Source of the DNA: Callorhinchus milii
Taxonomy: Eukaryota
Assembly: GCF_018977255.1 (NCBI RefSeq)
Contig: NW_024704742.1
Coordinates: forward strand, 29,142,001-29,206,000
Reading direction: 5' to 3'
Length of the DNA stretch: 64,000 bases
Both the position numbers and the translations under genes were made by a program. Below the pieces are notes generated by a model. The model was not told the origin of the DNA. It saw only the letters and a list, made by a program, of their open reading frames with translations, and ran no database searches. Of this stretch, positions 50,976 through 63,503 are shown one piece after another; the first letter of the stretch is position 1; every line of letters starts with the position of its first letter.

Positions 50976-51015
50976 GGCTATCCATGCCACACTGTTCACC
51001 CTGCGCTGCTGAGGT

Positions 51016-51293
51016 TAATAATAATCCTTGCATTTGATATAGCGCTTTTCACGTCGGGAGGATGCCCCAAAGCGCTTCACAGAACACACTGTAAAGTGAA
51101 TTGACTGTATATTTGTGGGCGAACGCGGCAGCCAATTGCGCACAGCAATGTTCCACAAACAGTCGTGGGTTGAAAATGACCAATTTATTATTGTTTTTGG
51201 TTTTGGAGGGATTATTATTAGGCGTGTGGAGTAAGGAAACTTGCCCAAGGTCTCGCCCTGCCTGGAATTGAACTCAGGTTTCTCGCTTGCAAA
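51016..51293 (-). mobile_element. Young tRNA/Deu SINE, slightly 5'-truncated
   Basis: taataataatccttgcatttgatatagcgcttttcacg...cgccctgcctggaattgaactcagg. Confidence 0.93.
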
Positions 51294-52409
51294 GGTTGGA
51301 GCTAAAGCGCATCCAATTTGGTGAGATATTCTGCTGCTCAGTTACTGACCTTGGCATTACGCAGAAACATGTAGGAAATATCGTATTGTACCCTAACTAT
51401 AAGGTTTTGCACCACTCCTAAAAATTCCACCCTTTGGAACTCTGGAACAATATGACTAAAACCATAATTTGAGTTGTGATGTGATGAAGTCACGGATAAG
51501 GGTCTCAGCAGCCAGAGGAGAGAGTGTCAGAGGCGTGAAATTTTGTAAAGGTGGGGGTCAGACACTGATGTGGGGTCTAACAGTTACAGTTGAAGGTCAA
51601 AAGTGCTTATCCGATTCTTAAACCTACAACTCACACAGATAGTGCTGTTCATTTACTTTTAAACAACAAAACAAGATTACATTTGTATAGCGCCATTCAC
51701 GTCAGGAGGACGTCCCAAAGCGCTGGATAGTGTACAGCATTAAAGGTATGGGTGAGGCCCCAAATATGAGCTAGCAATGTTTAAATGGGTACAGGTTCTT
51801 ATTGATGTATTTGACTACCCACGACTCAGGTGATTCTGAAATCCTTTTTATTGGCTGAGCCAAATATTCACAGCGGTCACACAGGTTTGAACATTTTGTA
51901 AGAAAGCCACTCGTCCTTTTAATTGTAAACAGATGCACACAATGATACCACTGGTGTGCAGCAATATTGTACTGTCATTTAGCAATGCATATTGGACCGA
52001 TAATTGGTCCATTGCTTTCTCCAGTGAAAGCTTTAACACTGGTGATACTACTGGGACAAAGGCTTGTGCTGCAGGTGATAGATAGAGCAGCTGAGTGACT
52101 CTGTTTCTTTGTTCTGGACTCTTGTCTTTTTGTAGCATAGATTGTTGTTCCAAGCATTTTCTATTTATGTGATGTATTTGACTACCCACTACTCATTCCA
52201 CAGCGGACCCTTCCCCCTCCAACAACAGTGTCCTTTTAACCAGCTTTCGGTTACTGTTTTTTCCCTGATGGGCAAGTATTTTTTGTGCGTGGACAGCAGT
52301 TGTCTGACACAAGCAGGAACCCATTACCATCCTTAAGAGTACCCAAACAAATTAACCAGGTGCAGCATAAATGACTGAGAGATACATGTAAGTACAAAGC
52401 TTCTGCTTG

Positions 52410-52760
52410 CCTGGATGGAGTTAGCTCTGTCTCCCTGGAGGAACACACCTGCTCACCTGATTCCAGAAAGTATTGGCTCTTGCCAACTGTGTGCCTAATA
52501 CTTTCTGACCATGTGTTGGGATACTGCTGGAGTTTAACCAGCTAAAACAGTCAAGTGTCCAGCTTGCCAAGGCGAACACTGAGGTAAAAATTGTGTTTAC
52601 CTAAGGCAATGTTGGTCGTTCACAGGATTTGCCATTTTACATCACTAATGGGTCTGTACATGACATGAACTGAATTTTACCCAACTGACTGACAAGCTTC
52701 CTACTGCTTGTCCAGCTAGGACAATCCTACCCTTGAGGGTTTTGCCTTGTAGGGTTAACA
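52410..52760 (+). repeat. Unclassified old dispersed repeat, copy 4 (with internal inversion and insertion)
   Basis: ctccctggaggaacacacctgctcacctgattccag...atactgctggagtttaaccagctaaaac...ctactgcttgtccagctaggac. Confidence 0.7.
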
Positions 52761-53650
52761 TGAGCTGAAAAGAAGAATCCCTGCTCCCACTGACTGAGAA
52801 GGCAAAGAATAATTGCTGCCATTGTATATTCAACGCTGTTTACAATCAAGTTAGACACTTCATCATCAGTTAGACACTTTGAGACGTCTCGAAGACATGA
52901 TAAGGCGCTATATCAAATGCAAGGGTTATTATTATCAGTTACACATCCTGAATCACAGCCAGGAAGCATGACAGTCCCAATATGAGTTGATCACTTAAAA
53001 TGGAAATGCCATCATAAAGTACGGCACTTTATTATAAAATATAATAGCGCAGAATGAAATTCTAAAGATTGATACCCACAGACCAAAATGTTGTGTCAGG
53101 CATGCACATTTCGATTTTAATATGATTTTGACATGATTTTATGTTAATACCTTTTTCAAATTGCTTGGCAGTAGTTTCTTCTTCACTTAATTGGAACCAA
53201 TGCGATTGGCACCATCTTTATTAATGCCGATACCTATCTGAAAGTATAATTACTAAATACACTTGTCATTGATGTGGATTTATATCTTTATTAGTGCAGT
53301 ACCTCATGGACATTACTTTGAATGAATTAACCAGGTGCAGCATCATTGCAAAATAGGCAAAATTTCAGGACATGCAACATCTGGGCTATTGGTTGATAAA
53401 TACCACTGATGATGGGGAGACAGCAGGACAAGACTTAGCGTTAAAGAGCATTATTGCAGAGGAATTGTGCCTGTTAGTGCCACTGCAGAGGCTACATGTC
53501 TATGCTGATATTCCCATCTTTGCAATGTGTTTTATATATTTAAAAGAGCTGAGTAGGTGGAGAAATGATGAATTGTTCTGTAATTCTCTGTCCAAAATAA
53601 TCAAGTATCCTATGAGATCCACCCTGAGAGCCTTGCATCATCTGAGCTCA

Positions 53651-53790
53651 TATGTCACAGCATCTTATGTTGTGCAGCTCTGTGTCATGGACTCATATGT
53701 TGTGAGGTTCTATGTCACGTCTTATATGTTGTGAGGATCTATGACACAGTTTCTCATGTTTTACAGTCCTGTGTTGCAGCCTCATATATT
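53651..53790. repeat. Degenerate ~30-bp minisatellite (about 4.5 units)
   Basis: tatgtcacagcatcttatgttgtgcagctc / tgtgtcatggactcatatgttgtgaggttc / tatgtcacgtcttatatgttgtgaggatc / tatgacacagtttctcatgttttacagtcc. Confidence 0.75.
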
Positions 53791-54286
53791 TCACAAAACC
53801 AAAGTAGATTCAGTTTGGAAATACATTTTGTACACTCTTCATCTACAATAAAATGTAGCAGTGTAGTTCATCAAAATATAACTACAATGCAGTTGAAACG
53901 GCATATGATGCTCTCCACAGTTTGTCAAACTGGACATGTGTTCTGTTTGTTGCACTGTTCTAGGCTGCACTGTTCACACAACAGAGGTCAGACCTTTACA
54001 AGTTCTGAGACAAATGGATTGAGAAGTGTAACTGACATCCTGTTCCACTGGCATTTCCTCAGCAGAGTCCATATCATACAAGCTGTACTATTGAAATCCT
54101 TATGTGAGGATAGGTTTAGCTTGTTATTCTAAGCATCCATTGCTTAAATGTTAGCTGGGAAGGAATTTGTTTGAAATGGATATTTAGAAGCATTTCCCTT
54201 GAACTATATTCCAAAATATTTGCTAAATACATTCTGGAATATATATTAAATTAATGTACAAATATAGAATTTATTGGCTATGAATT

Positions 54287-54508
54287 TAATAATAATCCTT
54301 GCATTTGATATAGCGATTTTCACGTCTTCGAGACGTCTCAAAGCACTTCATAGAATATACTGTAAAGTGAATTGACTGTATATTTGTGGGCGAAACACGG
54401 CAGCCAATTGCGCACAGCAGTGTCCCACAAACAGTTGTGGATTGAGTGACCAAATTATTATTGTTTTTTTTCTTGAGGGATTATTATCAGGCGTGTGAAG
54501 TAAGGAAA
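54287..54508 (-). mobile_element. tRNA/Deu SINE lacking head
   Basis: taataataatccttgcatttgatatagcg...cagccaattgcgcacagc...gcgtgtgaagtaaggaaa. Confidence 0.88.
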
Positions 54509-55479
54509 ATTTCCAAGAATATGCAGTGCAATATTATAAATATATCTTAAAATACTGCATATTTAGTGCCTATTTACACTAACAGTTAATATATTTAAGA
54601 TGCTGTGGGCTGGATTTGGAAGAACTGTATATCTTCAGCATATTTTGCAATATATTGAATAAACATTTAAAATATTTAACACACTGTAAAGCACAGGTAG
54701 CATATCTCCACAGTACCACAAAATTAGGATTTTCCTTTGTTTAAGGATTTATTTTTATTTGCTTTGTAAAGCATCTAAAGTATTTGAAGGTCATGGAAAC
54801 AGTCATATGCATTTTTTTCCCTTGAGGGGATGCATTGATATAATATATAATACTTGCATTTGATATAGCTCCTTATCATGTCCTTGAGACGATTCAAAGC
54901 GCTTCACAGAATATATTATAAAGTATTATTGGGGGGTTATTTTTGACTTTTTATATTGTATTTGCAAAAATGAAAAAAAATTGGAGAAAAGCTTTCATTT
55001 TTGTATAGCCTATCAATATAATACTTGCATTTGATATAGCGCTTATCGTGTCTTCAAGACATCTCAAAGCCCTTGACAGAATAAACTGTAAAGTGAATTG
55101 ACTGTATATTTTGTGGGCGACATTATGCAAACTATGCTCTTTATTTCACATGTGCAGAATTTATTTACCAGTGGTCACACTCACTGCAGTATTTCATATC
55201 TGGCACTTAGCAATTCTTCTGGGCCAGAGGGGGTAAAAGTTAAGTGTGAAGATTACAAACAACCACTGTTCATGTAGTTTTATTGAGATTACACATGGTG
55301 AACCCACACTCATAAAATGCACTAACCAAATGCACTCAAAATTGAAGAAATGCCATTTGTCTCTTTCATCCTGAAGGACCAATGATTCCCTGGTATACAA
55401 CTCCTGTATCTCGATTAAACTGTTATTGTTTCTCCAAAATTGGAATTTTTATGCACTCCTATATATTATGAATAGTGAT

Positions 55480-55920
55480 AATAATCTTCGCACTTGATAT
55501 GACATATGCCTTGTCATGTCATTTGTAGTTTCCTTTAAAATCCTTTACTGGATTTACTGTAAAGTGTGGTGACTGTGTATTTTGTAGGCGAATACAGCAA
55601 GCCAATTTGCACACGGCAATATCTCACAAACAGCCATGAAGTGAATGATCAATTTTATCCGGAGGATTATATACCAGGACACCAGGAGAAATTCCCTTCT
55701 CTTTTCAAGTAGTGCCATGGGATTTTTAATATCCACCTGAACAAGCAAAGGGGAACTCAGTTTCATGCCGAATGATGGCACCTCCAACAATGCAGCACAC
55801 CCCCAGCGCTACGTTGGAGTGTCAGCTTAGACTATATGAATTCCAAATCCTTAATTGGGACTTGTGAACCCACTATCTTTTGACCTAGAGGCAAACAATG
55901 AACCAATGGAGCATGGCTAA
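55480..55920 (-). mobile_element. Older Deu-domain SINE, near full length
   Basis: ccaatttgcacacggc...agtgccatgggatttttaatatccacctgaac...gatggcacctccaacaatgcagcac. Confidence 0.8.
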
Positions 55921-57634
55921 CATAATAAAAGGCACCAATAGGAATCAAGGAATTGGGATTTGAGTATATCTCTCCAGTGAAGTAGTAAGTACTAGCATAG
56001 GCTCAATTGCCTGAATTGATTTCCCTGTACTTAATTTCCATAATTCTATTATCATTCTTCTTTCACATGTGTGTAATCTGGTTTTAAAAAAAACACTTCA
56101 AATCCACAGTCTTTGATGTACTGCTTGGTTTGTATATTTTTCAGATATTTTCTTCGAACTGGTTTGCATGTCGCTTCAGGGATATTCTTGAAACATAACG
56201 TGTGTGGATGGTTCAAATAGTCTTAAATGCTGCCAGAAATCTACAAGGCAGCACATAATAATCAACTTGCTTGTCTGTCTACTACCAGCTGACATTCACT
56301 CTTGCTGGGTTTTCATCACTACACTGACACTCCAAGGATGATATAGAAGAAGATGGGTTACATCTTTTATATATGACTGAGACAAAAGAGGGGTCCTGGA
56401 AAGGTCAGGCTTGTAATGGAAGTACCTTAGCATTGAGTGTTTAAGCCCATGAAGGAGACAGCTGTAGTGCAAATTTCAAACTATAGATAATGACAGTCAC
56501 ATTTGTCAAGTCATGTGGACACATTGGGAACTAATGATTTATTTTTTCTCCTTTACAAGTTCAGGAATCAGAAATCGTGTTGATGAAAGCTGTCATTCAC
56601 AATTTTAGAAAGCATCACACCAGATCCTGTGTTTAATGGGTACTTGTTGGCTAACCTGTGGTTGTATAGTAGGAAATGCAATACTTCTGACATCTGAGAA
56701 GGTCAATGAAAATAGTGGGGAAATGAGCATCAGTCATCTGGACCATTCCAAATGAATCCATATTAGTTTTTACTAATGGGGATATAAAGACAATTGTATT
56801 ATTTTGTCTTATCTTATGACTTCCAAACATTTGTAATGTTACTGAAATGAACAGCTGAACCAGCCCTGTTAGAGGCGCTTGATATTTAACCTGGAAAGCA
56901 GGTGGTTAATAGAGTTCTTATTTTACAATATAAAATAGTAAATCGTACAGAAAAGCTAAATTTCAAATATAAAACACAAAAACAGGACAAAAGGGAATAG
57001 TAAATGAAAACTAGAGAAAAATACTCATCACAAAATAAAACTTTTGCTGAGTGATGAATGTTTGGAATAATTTAGTAAACAAATGAATAGAGACTTAAAT
57101 GTTAGCTGTATGCTAAATATCGGTGAATCCTATGAAGTGAGCCTTGGTGAGCTGAATGATCCTTTCCCATTTTTGACTTTTACATTTGTTTAGCCCCTTT
57201 CAAAGTGCATTTCTTGAATTTTTTAAATGTTATTTAACTCAAAGTTTTACAAACAGCAAAATTTGCAGAAAATGTGATTTTAATGCAGTGGATTAGCAGT
57301 GGTTAATTAACATTGTAAGTTTCTCAGTAATATTCTCTTTTTTTACAAAAAATGTATAGCAAGTGTTTAGTTACTGGAGCTATTACAAAGGTGAAATGAG
57401 CATTAAACTGACAAGAATTCTCTTAAAACAACAGGTTATCTGAGCCCTGAAGCCCATTTTTTGTTAAAATGTAAAATGTCAAGTTTCTATTCGTCTCGAT
57501 AAATACAAAACGGTGTGTGGCCCACTGAAACACATCCAGACTAAACAACGAACTCAGGAGTGCATCAATGTATAAAGTATAAAAACAGGTTAATGGCTAC
57601 ATGACAGCAAGTTCATTGAAATCATTTTGTCAGG

Positions 57635-57940
57635 TGACAGCCTTACTCAGTTGTAGCACTCTTACCGTCGAGTCAGAAGGTTGAAGGTTCCAGCCACCTG
57701 TTGAGACTCACGTAGCATGAGATGGCACTCCAGTATAGTTCAGGAAGTTTTACCAGTTTCCTAGCAAACTATCCACCAGATAAAATTGATAATTCTCTTC
57801 ATGGCTGTTTGTGGGACATTACTGTGTGCAAAGTGGGTGGTGCGTTCACCTACAAAATGCATTTTACAGAATATTTTGTGATGCACTTTGAGTCGTCCTC
57901 CTGATGCGAAAATTGTTATATCACATACAAGGATTAATTA
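57635..57940 (+). mobile_element. Older SINE copy with internal deletion
   Basis: ctcagttgtagcactcttaccgtcgagtcagaaggttg...ggctgtttgtgggacattactgtgtgcaaa. Confidence 0.7.
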
Positions 57941-58059
57941 TTTGTTAATAAATAGTTAAGGATTTAACAACCTTGTTACTGAATGTCTTGAATGCCCCCA
58001 TAAGTAACGATGCAATAATATCAGTAGAAAAATTGTTAGGAAAATGCAGCTACGACTAG

Positions 58060-58251
58060 TTACATCCCAGGTTGTCTGAGCAAGAGGTGGATCTCTTGGT
58101 AATGAAAGACCTCTGTAAATGTGACGTGGACCATGGCATTGAACCCAGGGGACAGGAGAGAGCTGTGGGAGACATTGCCCAGTGGTATAATGTAATTGCT
58201 AGTAACAAATGATCACGGAATGAGGTCAGGAAAGGTTTTGATGACATTGAG
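58060..58251 (+). pseudogene. Decayed Myb/SANT-like (Harbinger ORF2/MSANTD-like) coding relic
   Basis: Hand translation LHPRLSEQEVDLLVMKDL...GQERAVGDIAQWYNVIASNK*SRNEVRKGFDDIE resembles the pattern F(S/T)xxExxxLV...KxxAWxxIAxxxNA...RxxxEVxKxWxD; in-frame TGA at 58210. Confidence 0.45.
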
Positions 58252-58601
58252 CACAATCTTCTCTTTAATTGTATTTTTGTTAAATCACCAAGCATGAAGA
58301 GCAGCTGAAGGATGAGCCTTGCTGCCATTGACAGAGCTGACATACTCTGATATAATGTGGCAGAACTCTTGTGCCTGGAGGACCACTGGCAAAGCTGTAA
58401 TGGGAGCACAGTTGAGGAGTTGGATAAGTATTTTCCAAGTGAAGGTTTCGCTGCTTGCGATATGCTTATCCAGTTCTTAATGTTGAAAATTATTGATACA
58501 TATTCAAAACTGTGTGGTTGATTCCCTTTTTTCAATCAGTGTCACCGTTTTGTGCTGCTGTGGATTTGAGGGACTCACATTTGCCTCATGTTTATCTTTG
58601 T

Positions 58602-58920
58602 GGAGTCCTGTAGCTCAGTGGTTAGAGCACTCGCTTTGCAAGTGAGAGACCTGAGTTCAATTCCAGGCAGAGGGCGAAACCTTGGGCAAGTTTCCTTACT
58701 CCAAACAGAGCCTAATAATAATCCCTCCAAAACCAAAAACAATAATAAATTGGTCATTTTCAATCTACGACTGTTTGTGGGATATTGCTGTGCGCAATTG
58801 GCTGCCGGGTTCGCCCACAAATATACAGTCAATTCATTTTACAGTGTTCTGTGAAGCGCTTTGGGACATCCTCCTGACGTGAAAAGCGCTATATCAAATG
58901 CAAGGATTATTATTATTATT
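58602..58920 (+). mobile_element. Young tRNA/Deu SINE, full length
   Basis: Complete head, body and (att)n tail. Confidence 0.95.
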
Positions 58921-59000
58921 CACAGTAATTACATGTGAGATGTTTTATCATCTTTTTCTGTGGGTTGTAGATGGTCCAAGTGAAGACAACAATATTCCTT

Positions 59001-59308
59001 ATAATCCTTGCATTTGATATAGCGCTTTTCACGTCGGGAGGACTTCCTAAAGCGCTTCACAGAACACACTGTAAAGTGAATTGACTGTATATTTGTGGGC
59101 GAACGCAGCAGCCAATTGCGCACAGCAATGTCCCACAAACAGTCATATGGATTGAAAATGACCAATTTATTATTGTTTTTTTTTGGAGGGATTGTTATTA
59201 GGCGTGTGGAGTAAGGAAACTTGCCCAAGGTTTCGCCCTCTGCCTGGAATTGAACTCAGGTCTCTCACTTGCAAAGCGAGTGCTCTAACCACTGAGCTAC
59301 AGGACTCC
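59001..59308 (-). mobile_element. Young tRNA/Deu SINE, full length, tail-to-tail with the previous copy
   Basis: Complete reverse-complement copy. Confidence 0.95.
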
Positions 59309-59579
59309 ACAAAGTGGAGTGAAGTGTGGTGACTGCTTTTTTTTTTTGCCAGTGGCTATTTGCACCAACAAAATACACATAAGGTTAATGATCAAATGTA
59401 TCTGGATGATTGTTGGCCAGAATACAGGAAGCAACTTCCTTCTCTTTACTAATAGTTTTGTGGAATCTTTTAGCATCCACTCTAATGAACGTGCAGGACC
59501 TCTCATCACAACACTCTGCATGAGCATATTTATTACACCAGCAGCACCAAACAAAACTTTCACCAATTGGACTTAACAA

Positions 59580-59970
59580 AAATCCTTACATTACATCAAG
59601 AGAATTTTCCAAAGTGCCTAACAGCATATACTTTGAAGTAAAGTGACAGTGTGTGTTTGTGAACCAACGTAACAGCCAGTTTGCACACAGCAATGTCCTA
59701 CAAGCTATGAAGTGAACGACCAATTTATCTGCGGCATTGTAGGCCAGGACACCAGGAGAAAATTCCTTTTCTTTTTGAATAGTGCCATGGGATCGTTAAT
59801 GTCTACCTGCACAGGCAAACGGGGAGTTGGTTAAATGTCTCATTCGAGGAATGGCATCTCCAACAATGCAGCATACCCCAGCACTGCATTAGAGTATCAG
59901 CTTAGTCTATATGAGTTCTAAGTCTCACCATAGGGCTTAAACCCACAACCCTCTGCTTCAGAGACGAGCA
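59580..59970 (-). mobile_element. Older Deu-domain SINE
   Basis: cagccagtttgcacacagcaatgtcc...agtgccatgggatcgttaatgtctacctg...aacccacaaccctctgcttcagagacgag. Confidence 0.8.
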
Positions 59971-60961
59971 CAAACACCAGCCTGACTTGTGTACCTTTGG
60001 GTTCAGTGAGTGATTGGTACTTTCAAGGCATGGCTTTTGGAGGAGTCGCAAATTTCAATTCTAGAATGCTATTCATTATCCTGATACTGGTGTCCACCCG
60101 GCACAGTCAGTAACACGCTCATCTCTCAGTCAGAACGTTGTGGGTTCACATGACTCCCATAGTAAATTCAAATGATTTTACTTTCAACTAGATAAGCAAG
60201 AGGTATAATAATTATAATAATCCTTGCATTTGATATAGTGCCTTTCATGTCAGGAGAACATCTCAAAACATTTGCTGTAAATTTGATTAAGAGTTCAAAG
60301 TCATGGGACTTGAACCCACAACCATCTGACTCAAAGACGAGTGTGCTACCACTGAGTCAGGTGGATTCATGGTCTTGAATATTTGGCTGTCTTAACTTTT
60401 TAGAAGTAGCAAAGTGAACTTCAGAGCTAAAATTAATGCAAGTGCCTCAGCAGTAACTGGATGCTTAACACTGCAAGACTGCAGAGTGCCATCGCTCCTG
60501 CCAGTCTGCAGCAAGCACAGTGAGGATGAGATAGTCACAACTTCTAATATCTTCAAGCAGCAGAGTAGAGTGTTTGAAACAGCAGTAAAGATTATAAAGA
60601 TTACCAAGTAAAAATAAGCAAGTTTCATATCATTTCAGGCTTTTAGCTTTTCTAAAGATTTCAGCAGATTATAGGACTCTTTTGAAAATAGTTTAGTAAA
60701 TGCATCAACTCCTAAGAGTACCTACTCACTTCATGTTTGTAAGTTTGCAATGTAAATACAGGATGGGTGGTGGAGGGGAAAGTTCAAACCTCTGCTCATT
60801 GTCAGTTTTATTTCACGTGTGTTCCTTCCAAAATGGTGTTGCTGATTATTCCCAAAGTTTTCTGTTACAGTATTTCAAACATGTTGGGCTAGTCACAAGC
60901 CTGACATCGCTGCAGTAATAGCAACCTCCAGTTTGCAACTTTAATTCTGGTATTCACTTAC

Positions 60962-61060
60962 CACGCTGGTAAAAGAATCACAAGACCATTTTAACGCAGG
61001 TGTTTCACTTTCCAATCTTTTCATCAACCTTTTCTGGACTTTTCTCGACCGAAATACAGT
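60962..61060 (-). CDS. Probable 99-nt phase 0-0 exon (TVFRSRKVQKRLMKRLESETPALKWSCDSFTSV)
   Basis: Acceptor ctctgtctaattttcttag, consensus donor GTG|gtaagt, only frame 0 is open. Confidence 0.6.
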
Positions 61061-62285
61061 CTAAGAAAATTAGACAGAGAAACATCTACAAACCAAAGCT
61101 TGAATGCACCCAGGAAGTTACTATTAGAAGGTTAAGCAGCGGATGGTAAGATTGTAGGGTTAGAGGTTACTTATACTGGTCTATAATCTCTCTGAAACTC
61201 AATTTTGGTAACTTTGTAAATAGAGTCATCCACTAGCAAATATCACCGTGGTGCAGCAACATATTTTCGCAGTCCAATCAATTCCGTGTAAAATATCGAC
61301 TTTGTTTAAGTGTTTTCTGCTGTGTTTGTTTCGTGCAAATTGCAAAAGGATTGAATAAATTGGTCTTTAGTACAAATATTTTCAAATGAGTTACTTTTAT
61401 CTGGAGTTCAAAGAAGCTAATCAAGCATAATCCTAATTCAATCATAACATTCCTTGTAAAACTATGCGTATACATTATTAGGATTTGGTTGTATGTGATA
61501 TGCTTAGAATGACAAACATTAGCTCCACCATGGGTACTGAATGTCATTTCAAGTATATCCTATGTAATAGGTACTGTTTGGGACACTAGCCTGCGTGAGG
61601 GGCGCTTTATAAATGCTAGTTGTTGTTGTACTGTCCAACACCATGCAATGTTCTGGAAAGTCACAGAGCACTGCCAAATTATAAACATCTTGTACATTTC
61701 ATAACAATACCTTGAAAAATCTTAACCCCCCCTGAATGTAGAGCTGTAACTACCATAATGCAGAGCACACTAGAAACATTAAACCCATTCCATTACTTAA
61801 TCATCCCCAGGGTTAATATAGAATATGTTTATCAATAATAATCCTATAATCCTTAAATTTGATATAACACCTTATCACATCATCGAAACATCTCAAAGCG
61901 CTGCACAGCATTTACTATAACGTTTTGACTGTAATTTGTAGGCAAAATCACAGCGATGGCTCACACACTTGACTTGAACCCTTAATTTCTGACAGTAGTG
62001 AACACCACCAGCTTCGAAAGAATGCTTTCTGATTCAGGTTTTCCAAGGTCAATTTGTCCAGTGCAAGGATCCCAAGGTGCTAGAACAGCTTTTTCACTTT
62101 GAATCGTCCATTACTTGTAAAATTACTTTTAAGCCAGTATCTGGTGAAGAAGTACAAAATCGCTACCTCTTTTAGAAGGCTTTCCTAATCAACCCAGGCT
62201 TTTCTTACAAAGCACAAGAATTGAGCAGTGGCAACCACTTTACTGTCTTTGCAAATGACTTGCGTGACAAAAGAGTAGCTTGTAC

Positions 62286-62348
62286 CTGTATTGTTAATGT
62301 ACTAGAGCACGTCTTCATTTGTTCCTTCAATGTGTCTCTGCTAAGCAC
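62286..62348 (-). CDS. Possible 63-nt phase 0-0 exon (VLSRDTLKEQMKTCSSTLTIQ)
   Basis: Acceptor tgtgtttcttcaaaag, donor CAG|gtacaa; joins in frame to the 61060 exon to give TIQTVFRSRKVQKRL. Confidence 0.4.
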
Positions 62349-63254
62349 CTTTTGAAGAAACACATGCTATATATAGCAAGTAGCTTGATATTGGAAAAGG
62401 GGAAGAGGCAGTAACAATCAAAGTCCCAGAAAGACGGAGAAGCAGCAAGGCCCTGAAATGATTCAAATATATAAACACTGGAGCATGTGTCAGGGAAGCT
62501 CTACATAAAGAAGCTTTGCCCAGAGATTACTGAAAGGGCACAAGATATCTTGAGAGACAGACATCACATCAGGAGGCAAGTTATGTAGCTTTCACTGGTG
62601 GACAATGTTTAAGACGTTTACAACTATAAAAGGAAAGTTTCAAAGAACTTTTGACCTTATCTCCGTTAACTTGAACTGCATAATGCAACAAGCGCAGCCT
62701 TGTTGGTTGGTGGCAGTGAGGCAGACTGTCACACTAAATGTTTATTCATTTGGTTCATTTCAGGGCTCTGCTAGTGACTTAAGAGTGGTTAGTCAATGAG
62801 CCATTTACATGGTAATTTTTCAGATGACCAATATTCTGTACTCTAAATGGAGCATTAAATTAAGTAATGCATCTCACCGTCAGAAAGAACATCAATACAA
62901 TGTTTTTAAAGATGAATTGCATCAAATTAAGATGTTAGTATCATTACTATCATCTTTCTTCCCCCCCTCACCATCCACCGCTCTGGTGCCCAGCCAGAAT
63001 TGTCAAGCACTTTGAGATGTCTATCTTATGTGAAAGGCACTATGAGTGTAAATTGTATTGTATGTACACACCTACTCAAATTCAATGGCTTATATAAATA
63101 ATAAAAAATAATAATTCTTGCATTTGGTATAGTGCCTTTCAAGCTGGGAGAACAACCCCAAAGAGCTTCACAGGATAGACTGTGTGTTTTTCAGGTGAAT
63201 GGAGAACATCATCCTGAATCAATAGGATCCAGGATAAATAGGAAATGCTCCTCC

Positions 63255-63503
63255 TGTAATAACATCGAAAGGACATCCCAAGGCCCTGGACAGTCAAAGG
63301 TTTGTCCCTGAGTTGCGGGGTGGAATCAAGAGGAGTGCAGGGTAAGGTGGGTGGGGATGGGAGGGTGTCCAAAGGCATTGTCAAATAGAAAGGTCTGAGA
63401 CGGGTCTTGAAGGGGGTAAAAGAGGGGATGAGTCAGAGGAATTCCAGAAGGGAGTTCCAGAGGGTGGGAGCAAAAAATGTGAAGGCCCGACCATCAATGG
63501 TGT
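63255..63503 (-). mobile_element. L2 3' fragment
   Basis: ggacatcccaaggccctggacag...gggtcttgaagg...ggagttccagagggtggg...gaaggcccgaccatcaatggtg. Confidence 0.8.

Noticed and set aside
53651..53790. CRISPR-like array
   Set aside because: Adjacent degenerate tandem units with no unique spacers; vertebrate context
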